A DNA stretch of 60,685 bases, counting the filler, from a candidate division WOR-3 bacterium (lineage in GTDB: Bacteria > SDB-A), in assembly GCA_016934535.1 (NCBI GenBank). It is 4 parts of 4 records of this genome, joined end to end, with 100 filler letters (N's around TTAATTAATTAA, not from the genome) between each part and the next. Parts side by side here need not be neighbours in the genome. Positions count along the whole stretch, not along the records: positions 47,400 to 56,200 come from JAFGSQ010000051.1; positions 56,301 to 60,685 come from JAFGSQ010000055.1; 2 more parts are not named here. The stretch is one strand, 5' to 3'. Under the pieces are notes generated by a model that made no database searches, was not told the origin of the DNA, and saw only the letters and a program-made list of their open reading frames with translations. Within the stretch, counting starts at the first letter, position 1. Every line of letters begins with the position of its first letter. Shown piece by piece: positions 47,400 to 57,161 of the stretch. The position numbers and the translations under genes are program-made.

Positions 47400-50155
47400 C
47401 TGTTGTTGTAATTGCCGGTTTCGTTTCCGGAGAACATCGAATGAGTCGCGCTGTGCGAACGTCTCGTCGTGACGTGCCAGCATGTTGAACCCGTGTATGT
47501 CCAGGTGTTGGCTCCTTCGAAATCCTCGTTGAATACGACTGAACCGATGCCGAGGGAAAATGTGTCATAATAGGCGTAGCCGCCGTCTCCCTGAACCAAC
47601 AATTCGAATTCCGAGAAATATGGAGTGGGACATGTTGGCATGATGTATATTCTGTAAGCATTCTCCAGCTTGACGCTGTCGCCGGGATTTAACTGAGAGT
47701 GATTTTGGATTGAATCCAACAGAACTATGTAAGGATCCTTGCTCAATGAATTGAGAACGGTATGCACGTTCTGAGCCGTACCGCTTCCTGCGTTCTTGAT
47801 GTACGAACCGATTTCTACCGTGTCTCCGGGAAGGATTTCCGGGGGGCCGTAGTATCCCAGGACATTTATATCCGGAGCGTTGACGCTGATGTTGAAATTA
47901 GACACCCAAGTGCTTTCTGTCGCTGTAACAGTTAGAGTCATTGGAATTGAATATCCGTCCGCAAGACCTGCATCAACACTGATGTTGAACGTCGTCGAGC
48001 CTGCTGTGGAATCGTTTGAATTGATGTTTCCGTAACTGACCGTGTTCTGATTTACGGTTATGTTTGGATCGGCAGAACTGAGTGTCCCGACTGCATTGTG
48101 TGCCGTCTGAGTTCCCCAGTTTTTGACCCAAACACTCATGTTGTATGTTGCACCGGGATTTACCTGTCCGTTGCCTGCCGGTATATATCTGAGATAACTG
48201 ACATAAGCGCCGCTCGAAATGACATAGATTCTTCCAAAATGAGGATTGAGATCATGACCGGTAACTGTGACGAGAAGAGAACATGGAGTCGAATTGCTGA
48301 CATGAATTGTCGCCGATCCGGATGCATTTGTGTATCCTGTCCATGTTGAATCGTCATTTTTCAAGCATATCAGAGCGTCTTTGACAGGAGCCTTCGCCGT
48401 GTTGACCGTCATTTGAACATCTATTCCGCCGACAGGTATTGAAGACGGATAATTGACTGATATAGCGTTCGGATAATCGGTCCAGCCGTCAATAGAAGGG
48501 TCTCCGAACAGATTGTAAGCCTCGTAGTAATACTGCACGCTCGTGTTGTGTATATAAACTCCCAAAAGGCCGTAATCGTAAAAACCTCTCTCCCACGTAA
48601 TCGAAGAGTCGAACATGCCTTTAAAAACCCATCTTTCGAGAGTGTCATCTTCTGTCCAGTAAGAAGAGGGAGCGGAAGCCCAGAAACTGACACCGGCTTT
48701 ATTTCCCGCTCTAATCCATGTCTCGGCAAAACACTCTGCGACTGACCACATTCCTGTATTGCATGCGTAGCTCATGACGATTGGATACTCGCTGACATTT
48801 GTCAGGGCGTTGACGTTAGCCTGAGAAAAAGATGGACCGTCGGCCCAGCTCGTTGTTCCGCCGTGACCTGAATAGACGCCCCACGAACGTCCGTCGTTGA
48901 AGGCGGCGCTGACCTGAGCAGTCGTCGCGCCGGAATAGTTCCAGAGCGTGTCGCACGCGAATCCGGCGGGACCCAAGAAATTCTGTATGACGTATCTGTG
49001 CGTTCCCTCAGTAATTGAATGATTGTCCGAGCTCGCCATGAAGACGGCTTTTTTGCACCATTCCGTGCCCTGTGTCCAGAGACTCGGCTGTTCGTAATTG
49101 AGTGTTTTGTTTATTATATTGGTCAACTGAGCGGCGTTGGTTACGGAAAATCTTCCGAGCCAAACGTCGTGAAATATATCTCCTCCCTGAAGCTGTCCGT
49201 AAGGGTGATCGGTGATTTCTCCCGAGGAGGATCCTGTGTAAGCGGGCATTTCGTTGTCGCCGATGAGAAGAACGTATGCCGGCGGTACGGGCCAGTTGTC
49301 GTAGGCGTTTTGTATGTATGCCTTTATGAGCGCGTTAGTCGAACCGGTCTGAGATTTCAAAGCGACTGTGACGTCATAGCCTTTTCTTTCTTTCCAAGCG
49401 ATAAAATCCGTAAGACCTGAAACGAGAGCGTCAGGCACTATGATAAGATAGCCTATGGGGAGATCAGGATATGATTCTTCCCCGTACGCAAAAGCGTTGA
49501 GCATCATTTTTTTAATGAACTGTTCGTGCTGCCTGTTGTAATATCTTTCGTAGTTCAGTCTCGTCGCAGCCACATCAGATCCCGCCAAAACTAGCTCAAC
49601 GTCTATCCTGTCGCGCATGGTAAGTTTTCCCGAATAAGGTTCGTAGCGAACCGGATAGACTTCAATAGTAACAAACCTGTGTCCTCTTATGTACCCTTCG
49701 TCTGTTATTCTGGCAAGTTCTTCTCCGTAGACAGAGTTTTCTGAATAAGCCGCAATATCTATCGTAAATTCGACTTGAGCGCCGATTCTTTTTTCAAGAG
49801 ACGGCTGATTGGGATAGACTCTATTCGTCAAAAACACGTCTTTTTCACCCGCACAAACGGCGTTCAAAGACACCTGAGCTCCTGTGGGGACCTCGACCAG
49901 GCGCCTTATGACAGGTATTTGAGGTTCGCCTATGCTCCCTGAAGGGTGCGTGTTTTCAATATTGACGACCGAGAAATTTTGTCCGTCTTCAACTGTTTTT
50001 GAAATATCTACACTGTTGAATTCGGCACTCAGTCCAATGGATGAAAAATTCGAATATATCGTCGTCATCCGTGTTTCAGTTGGCAGAAGGTCGTAAGCTT
50101 CCGCCGATAAAAGCAACGGAATCAACAACGAAAAAACCGATATGATTCTTTTCAC
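47400..50155 (-). CDS. Gingipain-like C25 cysteine peptidase (propeptide + catalytic + Ig-like domains), 3'-truncated
   Basis: Signal peptide, GEPQIPV propeptide, WKERKGY, YVLLIGD, catalytic YSGHG and YACNTG, YNLFGDPS. AAGGAGG RBS. Confidence 0.92.
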
Positions 50156-50233
50156 TTTTCCTCCTTCGTTTTACGAATAAGTTACCCCGTCAAAGGGGAA
50201 TACGATAGAACAAATAATTTGTCAAATACTTTT

Positions 50234-50488
50234 TCAAAGATTGTCGCCGCTTTTTTCCAAATAAAGATTCACTTCGCTTTTCTTTACATTTTTTTTGGGA
50301 ATTGAAACTATGCGGTATTTTTCTGAAACGGAAAAACGATCAATTTCGATAACATCGTTCTCTTTTATTTCTCTAGAAGGTTTTATCCTGTTTCCGTTAA
50401 TTTTTACAAGACCTTCCGTACATGCTTTGGCAGACATGGTTCTGCTTTTATATATGCATACAGAATCGAGGAAAACGTCAATTCTCAT
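50234..50488 (-). CDS. S4 domain RNA-binding protein (Hsp15/YabO-like)
   Basis: MRIDVFL....KSRT..KAC..G.VKING...KPSREIK..D.I. Confidence 0.88.
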   Translation of the reverse strand: MRIDVFLDSVCIYKSRTMSAKACTEGLVKINGNRIKPSREIKENDVIEIDRFSVSEKYRIVSIPKKNVKKSEVNLYLEKSGDNL

Positions 50489-51803
50489 TTTCCGGCTGTT
50501 TTGTCCTTTCCTCCAAATATACGGTTTCTTTTATTTCATTCAGCCAATTCTCAAGTGCTTTCTGCCTCTCTTTCAAAAGATATACTTCGGAGAGCTGTTC
50601 TTTGACTGATTCAAAAGATTCCGGCTCTCCCATAGTCAAACCTTCGAGGCTGATTACAATAAATCCGAAAGGCGACGGTATCGGTTCGGTGTATTCACCT
50701 GGTTCGAGCATATCCAGGATTGCCCTGACAGATATGTCAAGAGACTCTGCGGGAACTTCCCCGAGGTATCCTCCCTCGTCTTTCGAATACGGATCCTGTG
50801 AGTACTGTCTCGCCACGTCGTGGAAATCGGCTCCGCCGTCGAGAAGATTCATGACTGCCTCGACGTCTGCCAGCGTCTGCAATGTGTCTTCTCTGGTAGG
50901 CAGTAGAGAAAGAAATATCTCATAAACTCTCGCGCTGTCCGCCCATTTTGCCGGGACGTAAATTATGTGTATCCCTGCCACGCTCTGAGCCACGCCCATT
51001 GTACCTGTCTCTATAGAAAATATAAGCCTTTCAAGCTCCGGTTCGGTTTCCCCTCTTCTGACAATGCCAATGTTTCCTCCGTTAATTCTCGCGTCAGGGT
51101 CATCGCTGTATATTGAAGCGAGACTTCTGAAATCTTCTCCCGAATTCAACGCCTGTAAAACAGCGTTTGCTTTACTGTTGACCTGCATCAGTTGTCTTTC
51201 GGAAGGGATGGGAGAGAGAATTATTCTAGAAAACCTGTACGAAACTGGCATGACAAGGCTGTCTTTTACGTCCTCGTAAAATTTTTCAAGCACTTCGTCT
51301 GAAACGAAATATTCATCGACATACGCCAGCCTTGGGTAATTGAAAGTTATATATCTTTCCGTAGCGATTTTAAAAAAGAACTCTCTGCGCATTATGTCTT
51401 TGGCGAGTGCCCAGTCAATTCCGGCTTCAGTAAAAAAAACATCCAGCGAATCAATCTGGGTCGAATCTCCGGTTATGTTTTCGGCCAAATTCGCGAGAAG
51501 CCCTGAAAACTCTTCGTCAACTGCTTCAGCGGATATATCCAGGACACCGCTCGTGTCTCCTGAATTGAGCACGAGAGAGATGTTTAAAAGACTTTGATAT
51601 CTTTCTCTTTCGAACTCATCCTGAAGCCTTTTGTTGGGCAGCTGTGAGCCGCCCATGAAAAGGACCGATGTTTTTATGTAAACGTCTAATTCCGATTGAC
51701 TGACAGCTTCTTTTTCGACAACGGCGATGATTCCGTCTGCGTTTGCAGAAATAACCGCATTCTGCAGGACTAATAATACGGCAATTAAGAGAGCGGTTTT
51801 CAA
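50478..51803 (-). CDS. SurA-like peptidyl-prolyl isomerase (two parvulin domains)
   Basis: Signal peptide, 'DGIIAVV', F..LA..YSDDP....GG.IG and FHDVARQYSQDP..K.EGGYLG...SPFGF. Confidence 0.85.
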   Translation of the reverse strand: MKTALLIAVLLVLQNAVISANADGIIAVVEKEAVSQSELDVYIKTSVLFMGGSQLPNKRLQDEFERERYQSLLNISLVLNSGDTSGVLDISAEAVDEEFSGLLANLAENITGDSTQIDSLDVFFTEAGIDWALAKDIMRREFFFKIATERYITFNYPRLAYVDEYFVSDEVLEKFYEDVKDSLVMPVSYRFSRIILSPIPSERQLMQVNSKANAVLQALNSGEDFRSLASIYSDDPDARINGGNIGIVRRGETEPELERLIFSIETGTMGVAQSVAGIHIIYVPAKWADSARVYEIFLSLLPTREDTLQTLADVEAVMNLLDGGADFHDVARQYSQDPYSKDEGGYLGEVPAESLDISVRAILDMLEPGEYTEPIPSPFGFIVISLEGLTMGEPESFESVKEQLSEVYLLKERQKALENWLNEIKETVYLEERTKQPENEN

Positions 51804-52696
51804 TTGCCTGCTCTGAATTTAATACTGTCTTCGTAAACGGTAACGCTTCCGGCCATAAGAGTGTCGACGAAATTATTCAGATACTGATATTTGTTGAGTT
51901 CAGTCAGATACAGCATTATGTAGGGACGTATCTGTTCATACGGCGCCATCGGAGATTCAATGTATTTCTCGTTTATCACTTTCGCAATGAAATAACCGTC
52001 TCCGACACTGAACGGCTCGCTTACTTCACCCGTTTTCAGCTTCGCGACTGCTTCTTCAATGAGTTCCATGTTTGAATAAAGTCTTCTTATCCCTTCCACA
52101 GTGTCGAGTCCGACAAGATTGGGAAGCATTGTGTCAGCCAAACCCGCCAAAATATCATCTCTCGCTATCGTCGCCATCGGTTCGCTGAAAAACTGGTACA
52201 ACACGACAATTTTTTCGTATTTTGTCTCTTCTTTCCAGCGTTCGTATGCGCTTCTGATCTCCCCTTCGGAAACCCCGGGCATTGACAGAGTCAATCTTTC
52301 AAGCACCATTTGAGACACAATTTGCCGGGTCGCATCGAAAGACATAAACAAGTACGTGGAGTCTTTCTCGTATCCTTCTTCAACTCCGATGTCGTAGACC
52401 GCTTCTCTTGAAAGCCATGTTTGAAGCACGCTCGACACTATATCCGGAGGGAAGGTGTCGGGGTCAACTCCGAGCATGAATATCATGTAGGATCTGAATG
52501 GAGCATATCTTACTTTTTTTCCGTTTACTGTGGCTATCAAAGTCGATGTGTCGTCATCCATAATAAAGCGCGTCTCGGACTGAATCTGTCCTGCGCTTCC
52601 GTTTTGCGTTCCGTTCTGTGTTCTGTCCTTGGAACAGGAAAACAGAACGACGGCAAAAAGCGAAAAGAAAATGATTTTTTTCAATTCACACCTCAT
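51800..52696 (-). CDS. Parvulin-like foldase lipoprotein (degenerate PPIase domain)
   Basis: Lipobox LFSC, IATVNG and 'LKTGEVSEPF....GYFIAKV'. Confidence 0.7.
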   Translation of the reverse strand: MRCELKKIIFFSLFAVVLFSCSKDRTQNGTQNGSAGQIQSETRFIMDDDTSTLIATVNGKKVRYAPFRSYMIFMLGVDPDTFPPDIVSSVLQTWLSREAVYDIGVEEGYEKDSTYLFMSFDATRQIVSQMVLERLTLSMPGVSEGEIRSAYERWKEETKYEKIVVLYQFFSEPMATIARDDILAGLADTMLPNLVGLDTVEGIRRLYSNMELIEEAVAKLKTGEVSEPFSVGDGYFIAKVINEKYIESPMAPYEQIRPYIMLYLTELNKYQYLNNFVDTLMAGSVTVYEDSIKFRAGN

Positions 52697-54420
52697 TAAT
52701 TGCCTATTATGGTCTGAAGTATTGCTTCGTAATTTGAAACCGTGTCGATTTTGAATTTATTTCTCAGGTCTTCGATTACGAGAAGCTTTATTGAATCTGT
52801 CTTGGATATCCTCATGTTGCCGTCAATTCTAGCCTTGACATCTTCAAAAGGAAGAAGCGTTTCGGGTATTACTTCCTCCAGCATAATTATAGCGAAAAGC
52901 CCGCTGTCGGCTGAAAACGGTTCTGAAATACTTCCAATTTCTGTCATCGAGAAAATCACCGAATCAAAAGCAGGGTATCTTCCCTGAGGGAACAAACCAA
53001 GTTTTCCGCCGCTTCTCGAAGAGAAGTGGATCGAATGCAGCTTAGCCAATGTGTCGAATCTCACCGTGTCTCCTCTGCGAAGCTGAGGAACTACCGCGTT
53101 GTTCAGCGAATCGAGCGTAGTCGTCTCAATCAGTCTCGCTCTTCTTCTTTCCGGAAGGGTGAATTCATCGGGATGGCCGTTGTAATATTCAACAAGGTCC
53201 TGATCGCCAATGACGACATTTTTCTTGATTGAGTCTTCAACAAATTGCCAGGAATAGGTTCTGTCGACCTGTGCGAAAACGTTTCTTTCGATCACGGGAA
53301 GCTTGTCTATGCGGATTTCCGCGGCCGCGGCGAGCAAAATGTCAGTCAATACTATGTTTTCGCAGTTTTTCCTGAACATAGCCGTATCTTCCGCGAAATA
53401 AGGGAGTATCCATTTTCTTTCATCGATTTTTGTTTTAAGATCGCCCAGCGTGACCTGAACATTCCCGTAAGAAATGAAAAGGTAAGCTTTTTCTTCTTCC
53501 GAAAATTCAACCGGCGGAGGTCCGAAGGGATTTGAAGAACTTCCCTGCTCCATTTTTTGGTATAGCAGTGTCAGAGCGGGATCGTGTACCTGAATGTTGA
53601 ACGCTGTTTTCAAACTGTCTATATAATCGTCGGCCAGCTGTCTCTGAAGTTCCTGCTGTTTCATCGCTTTGAGCTGCTCATAGGATTCTTCGAGAGGTCT
53701 TCTTCTTATATTTTCGCGAGCCGATATCCTGTATATCAAATGCCAACCGAAATCGGTTTTGACAGGCTGAGAAAGTTGTCCGTCGGACATCGAAAAAGCC
53801 GCATCCTCGAAAGGTTTGACCATTCTTCCCTTGGAAAAGTAATCAAGGTCTCCTCCTATAGGTTTTGTACCTTGGTCCTGGGAATAAAGCGTTACCATTT
53901 CGGTGAACAGGCTGTCTCTTTCGGCAGTTTCCCAATTGGCCTCGAGTACTTCGTAAATACTGTCGGCAAGGGCGCTGTCATTCAGAAGAATATGCTTGCA
54001 CCAAATTTCCTGAGCCATGTCTTCCCACAATTTGACTATTTCCAAAGAATCAATTACGGCTTTGTTAATGACGACCTGCCAGTATAACTCGCCCAATATG
54101 CTGTTTTCTCTCGCCATTTCAATCGTGTAAACAGCTGTGCTGTCATCAAGCATACCTGCCGCCTGTGCTCCCAATCCCAGCATGTGAGTCTCGATTAGAT
54201 TGTCCATCACCTGAGTAAGCCTCATCATCGCTGTGTCGGGCGATTCACCTTCGTATGCGAAAAAATTAGCTCTGACTTCGACTATTCCAATTTCTCTTTT
54301 CATGTCTTTGTCGCCTATCGTAATCAACAGAGTGTCTCTGTCAATTACTTTAGGTTTTCCGGAGCAGGATGTCAGAATCAAGATTGCCGGAATAATCAGG
54401 ATCGCCAGGCATTTTTTCAT
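52696..54420 (-). CDS. Parvulin peptidyl-prolyl isomerase lipoprotein (two domains)
   Basis: Lipobox LTSC, KHILL, and YSQDQGTK..GGDL.YF.KGRMVKPFEDAAF...PVKTDFGWHLI. Confidence 0.88.
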   Translation of the reverse strand: MKKCLAILIIPAILILTSCSGKPKVIDRDTLLITIGDKDMKREIGIVEVRANFFAYEGESPDTAMMRLTQVMDNLIETHMLGLGAQAAGMLDDSTAVYTIEMARENSILGELYWQVVINKAVIDSLEIVKLWEDMAQEIWCKHILLNDSALADSIYEVLEANWETAERDSLFTEMVTLYSQDQGTKPIGGDLDYFSKGRMVKPFEDAAFSMSDGQLSQPVKTDFGWHLIYRISARENIRRRPLEESYEQLKAMKQQELQRQLADDYIDSLKTAFNIQVHDPALTLLYQKMEQGSSSNPFGPPPVEFSEEEKAYLFISYGNVQVTLGDLKTKIDERKWILPYFAEDTAMFRKNCENIVLTDILLAAAAEIRIDKLPVIERNVFAQVDRTYSWQFVEDSIKKNVVIGDQDLVEYYNGHPDEFTLPERRRARLIETTTLDSLNNAVVPQLRRGDTVRFDTLAKLHSIHFSSRSGGKLGLFPQGRYPAFDSVIFSMTEIGSISEPFSADSGLFAIIMLEEVIPETLLPFEDVKARIDGNMRISKTDSIKLLVIEDLRNKFKIDTVSNYEAILQTIIGN

Positions 54421-56081
54421 AATTCCTCCTTTTTCTTCATTAGAATATTCATGACAGCGGCGCTGTCGATTTCAACCACGTGCTGATTTCTCTTGTTTAT
54501 CAATATCATTTCAATCATTTGCTTTCTCAATTCATTTTGACAGAGCATTCTGCAACTTTCAAAAACGTCGCCGAATGGCAGTACCGAATCGGTTTTGTGA
54601 AGTCCTGTTTTGAATACAACCCAGTAACCGTCAAGGAAAAAGACGTCCGAACAGCTGTTTGGTTCCAGCGAGAAAATCAGAGATTCGATCTCCTCTCTGT
54701 ACCTTCCTCTCGACACATAGCCCAAGTCACCGCCGTTTTTTGCCGAAGGCAGTATCGAGTACCTTTCGGCGAGAGTTTCAAAAGGGACTCTTCTTGCGAC
54801 CGAATCGAGAAGTTCTTCGGCAAATATGGAATCGGAGACTCCCACAATGTACAGCTCCATTCTCTCAGGTATCGTGAAAAGCTGCGGATTGCTGAGATAG
54901 TACGCGTATACTTCCTGAGAATCCGCTTCAACTCCAGTGTGCGCTACAATATAAGATTCAAGAACGAGGGAATCCTTCAGATAATCATATCTCTCAAGCA
55001 AAGCCCCCTGCAGAACGATTCCTCTTTTTTCCGCCTCCTGAATTAAAAGATACGGAGGAATTATGTCCCTTGTCAAAAAAAGCCTGAGCATGGAGGTGTC
55101 GGAAAGGTTGGGATACAATATTCTTCCGGATTTAAGTTTCTCGATCATATTTCCCACTGTTATAGTGTCTTCTCCGGCTACGGCAATCCACTTGGACAGG
55201 GCGTCTTCATCAATGTTCGGCAGTACAACAGGCTCCTCTTCCAAAATCCTCTGAAACTGAGGAAGCGAGGTAAAAATTTCAAAAACTTCCTGATTGAAAC
55301 TGATCCCATACTTTCTTCTGAGAGCGTCGGTAATCTGACTCGTCTGTTCAAAAAAGAAACGGCGGTTTTCCTGAGCGATTATTAAATCTTTCAGGTCTTC
55401 ATAATCGCCGGGATAAGGAGTCCCGGATATTCCTAGACGGGCCAAGATAAAAATGCCCGTGTCAGTGACTACAGGATCCGAAACCGACAGATCGGACATC
55501 GAAAGCAGAACATCACCAAGATTAAAAGAGACAGCATAAGGGAAAATGTCCCTCAAATCTCCCGAAGGGCCGAAATACAATTTTCCATAATTGTACCTGT
55601 CACTCAGGGAAGACACATATTCCTTGAGCAAAATCGTATCTTCCAAAAAAAGTCTCATCGAGTCGGTTATAATTTCAGCGTCTTCAAGCCTGCCGGGGGG
55701 TATCCTGATCAGCATTGTTCTGATTAGAATCTGGGAACCTTCCCAGTATTTATAGGCGAGAGTGTCGTGCGCCTCCAGGAGGCTGTCGTGAATTGAATTC
55801 CACAGCGAATCTATTATCAATATTCTGCCGAGGTCTTCTATGTCAGAACCGATTTTTTCCTGGAAATTTTCCTCTTCCGCCGCTATGAGGATCAACCTGA
55901 CATCGGTGACTGAGTCGAGAAATTGAAAAAAAGAATCTTGTTGCATATAGAAAGCGTATTCCGGTATGTCTTTTTCTGTTATCACGGGAGTCCCGTCAAT
56001 ACTTACAAGAACGGTTTCACCTCTGCATCCGCAGATAAAAACGGTAAAAAACATAAAAGCCGACAAATATTTTTTCATCAT
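54417..56081 (-). CDS. Parvulin peptidyl-prolyl isomerase lipoprotein
   Basis: Lipobox ICGC and FETLAERYS..PSAKNGGDLGYV.RG. Confidence 0.8.
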   Translation of the reverse strand: MMKKYLSAFMFFTVFICGCRGETVLVSIDGTPVITEKDIPEYAFYMQQDSFFQFLDSVTDVRLILIAAEEENFQEKIGSDIEDLGRILIIDSLWNSIHDSLLEAHDTLAYKYWEGSQILIRTMLIRIPPGRLEDAEIITDSMRLFLEDTILLKEYVSSLSDRYNYGKLYFGPSGDLRDIFPYAVSFNLGDVLLSMSDLSVSDPVVTDTGIFILARLGISGTPYPGDYEDLKDLIIAQENRRFFFEQTSQITDALRRKYGISFNQEVFEIFTSLPQFQRILEEEPVVLPNIDEDALSKWIAVAGEDTITVGNMIEKLKSGRILYPNLSDTSMLRLFLTRDIIPPYLLIQEAEKRGIVLQGALLERYDYLKDSLVLESYIVAHTGVEADSQEVYAYYLSNPQLFTIPERMELYIVGVSDSIFAEELLDSVARRVPFETLAERYSILPSAKNGGDLGYVSRGRYREEIESLIFSLEPNSCSDVFFLDGYWVVFKTGLHKTDSVLPFGDVFESCRMLCQNELRKQMIEMILINKRNQHVVEIDSAAVMNILMKKKEEL

Positions 56082-56200
56082 TTTTCCCCGTCAGTTTTCA
56101 CAGCGTCGAGAAAATTCCGCAGTTTGCCAATATCTCTATTCCAACCTCTGATTTCCACGTATAATTTTCCTGTGCCGTCTCTTTTGAAATATGGGTGCCA
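56078..56200 (-). CDS. 3' end of an upstream gene (possibly mfd, by gene order only), truncated by the contig end
   Basis: Open frame WHPYFKRDGTGKLYVEIRGWNRDIGKLRNFLDAVKTDGEK*. Its stop overlaps the PPIase start (ATGA). Confidence 0.5.
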   Translation of the reverse strand, partial: WHPYFKRDGTGKLYVEIRGWNRDIGKLRNFLDAVKTDGEK

Positions 56201-56300
56201 NNNNNNNNNNNNNNNNNNNNNNNNNNNNNNNNNNNNNNNNNNNNTTAATTAATTAANNNNNNNNNNNNNNNNNNNNNNNNNNNNNNNNNNNNNNNNNNNN
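56201..56300. other. Artificial contig/scaffold spacer
   Basis: N44, TTAATTAATTAA, N44. Confidence 0.98.
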
Positions 56301-56370
56301 CACGAAGTTATAAAATTTGTGATACAAATTTTATAAAGAAATATTTCTTTATGATTTTCTTCACTTCGTG
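56301..56370. repeat. Nested palindromic element at contig start
   Basis: Outer IR CACGAAGT/ACTTCGTG. Inner 13-bp IR TTATAAAATTTGT-GAT-ACAAATTTTATAA. Perfect 20-bp palindrome ATAAAGAAATATTTCTTTAT. Confidence 0.7.
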
Positions 56371-56402
56371 GTTGATATTATTTTATTTCTGATTTTATTG
56401 AC

Positions 56403-57161
56403 TTAACTGAAAAACGTTTTTTTAGTCTTTAGCCTTATTTCCACTGGCATGATTGAAGAAGGTTTTTCACCGGAAAAGATTTTCTCGGGATTTTCAGACA
56501 TCAGTACATTAAACGCTTTTTCACCCAATATTCTTTTTGCTTCTTCGATTTCAGCCGCAAGAGAGTTTTTGAAAGAGTTGGGCCCGTGCGAATCCGTCGC
56601 CAGAAAATGGCAGATTCCGGCTTCGAGTATTCTTTTGCTCTTTTTTTGCGCGGCTCCGCCGTATTTTCCAGAAAGTGATCCCAGATTCACCTGGATCAAC
56701 GAACCGTGGGATACCAGGTTCTCGAGTTTATTCATTCCCAAAACGGTATATCTGCATGGATGGGCGATTATTACTCCGTAACCGTTTGTTTCGGCGCTGA
56801 ATCTGAATTCTTCGTATCTTTGGACAGCGTTTAAAAAACCGAATTCAACGAGCAGAAATTTCGACGAAGCGAGGGAGAGGCAGGAATGAAACGTTTCTTC
56901 GAAAACGGCAGAATCTTCAAAATAGATTTCAGTTCCACGGAAAACAGACATTTCAATTTTCAATGCCGAAAGCATTTCCATTGTCTTTTTCACGAGGAGC
57001 TCGATCTTGCCGTGATAGAAAGAAGCCCCCCAGCTGTGCGGAGTGGCAACGATTTTAGTGAAACCGGCTTTTTCGAGTATCGATAGCAGTTCGATAGTTT
57101 CTTCCCAGGTCTCCGGACCGTCGTCGACACCGGGAAGCAGGTGACAGTGGATGTCAATCAT
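56403..57161 (-). CDS. CpsB/CapC/YwqE family PHP-domain protein tyrosine phosphatase
   Basis: MIDIHCHLLPGVDDG, IVATPH, LVEF, IIAHP.RY and LATDSH. Confidence 0.92.
   Translation of the reverse strand: MIDIHCHLLPGVDDGPETWEETIELLSILEKAGFTKIVATPHSWGASFYHGKIELLVKKTMEMLSALKIEMSVFRGTEIYFEDSAVFEETFHSCLSLASSKFLLVEFGFLNAVQRYEEFRFSAETNGYGVIIAHPCRYTVLGMNKLENLVSHGSLIQVNLGSLSGKYGGAAQKKSKRILEAGICHFLATDSHGPNSFKNSLAAEIEEAKRILGEKAFNVLMSENPEKIFSGEKPSSIMPVEIRLKTKKTFFS

Noticed and set aside
47281-47420. Functional linkage of the C25 protease with secG and the ribosomal genes
   Set aside because: They are separated by an artificial spacer, so adjacency is unproven.
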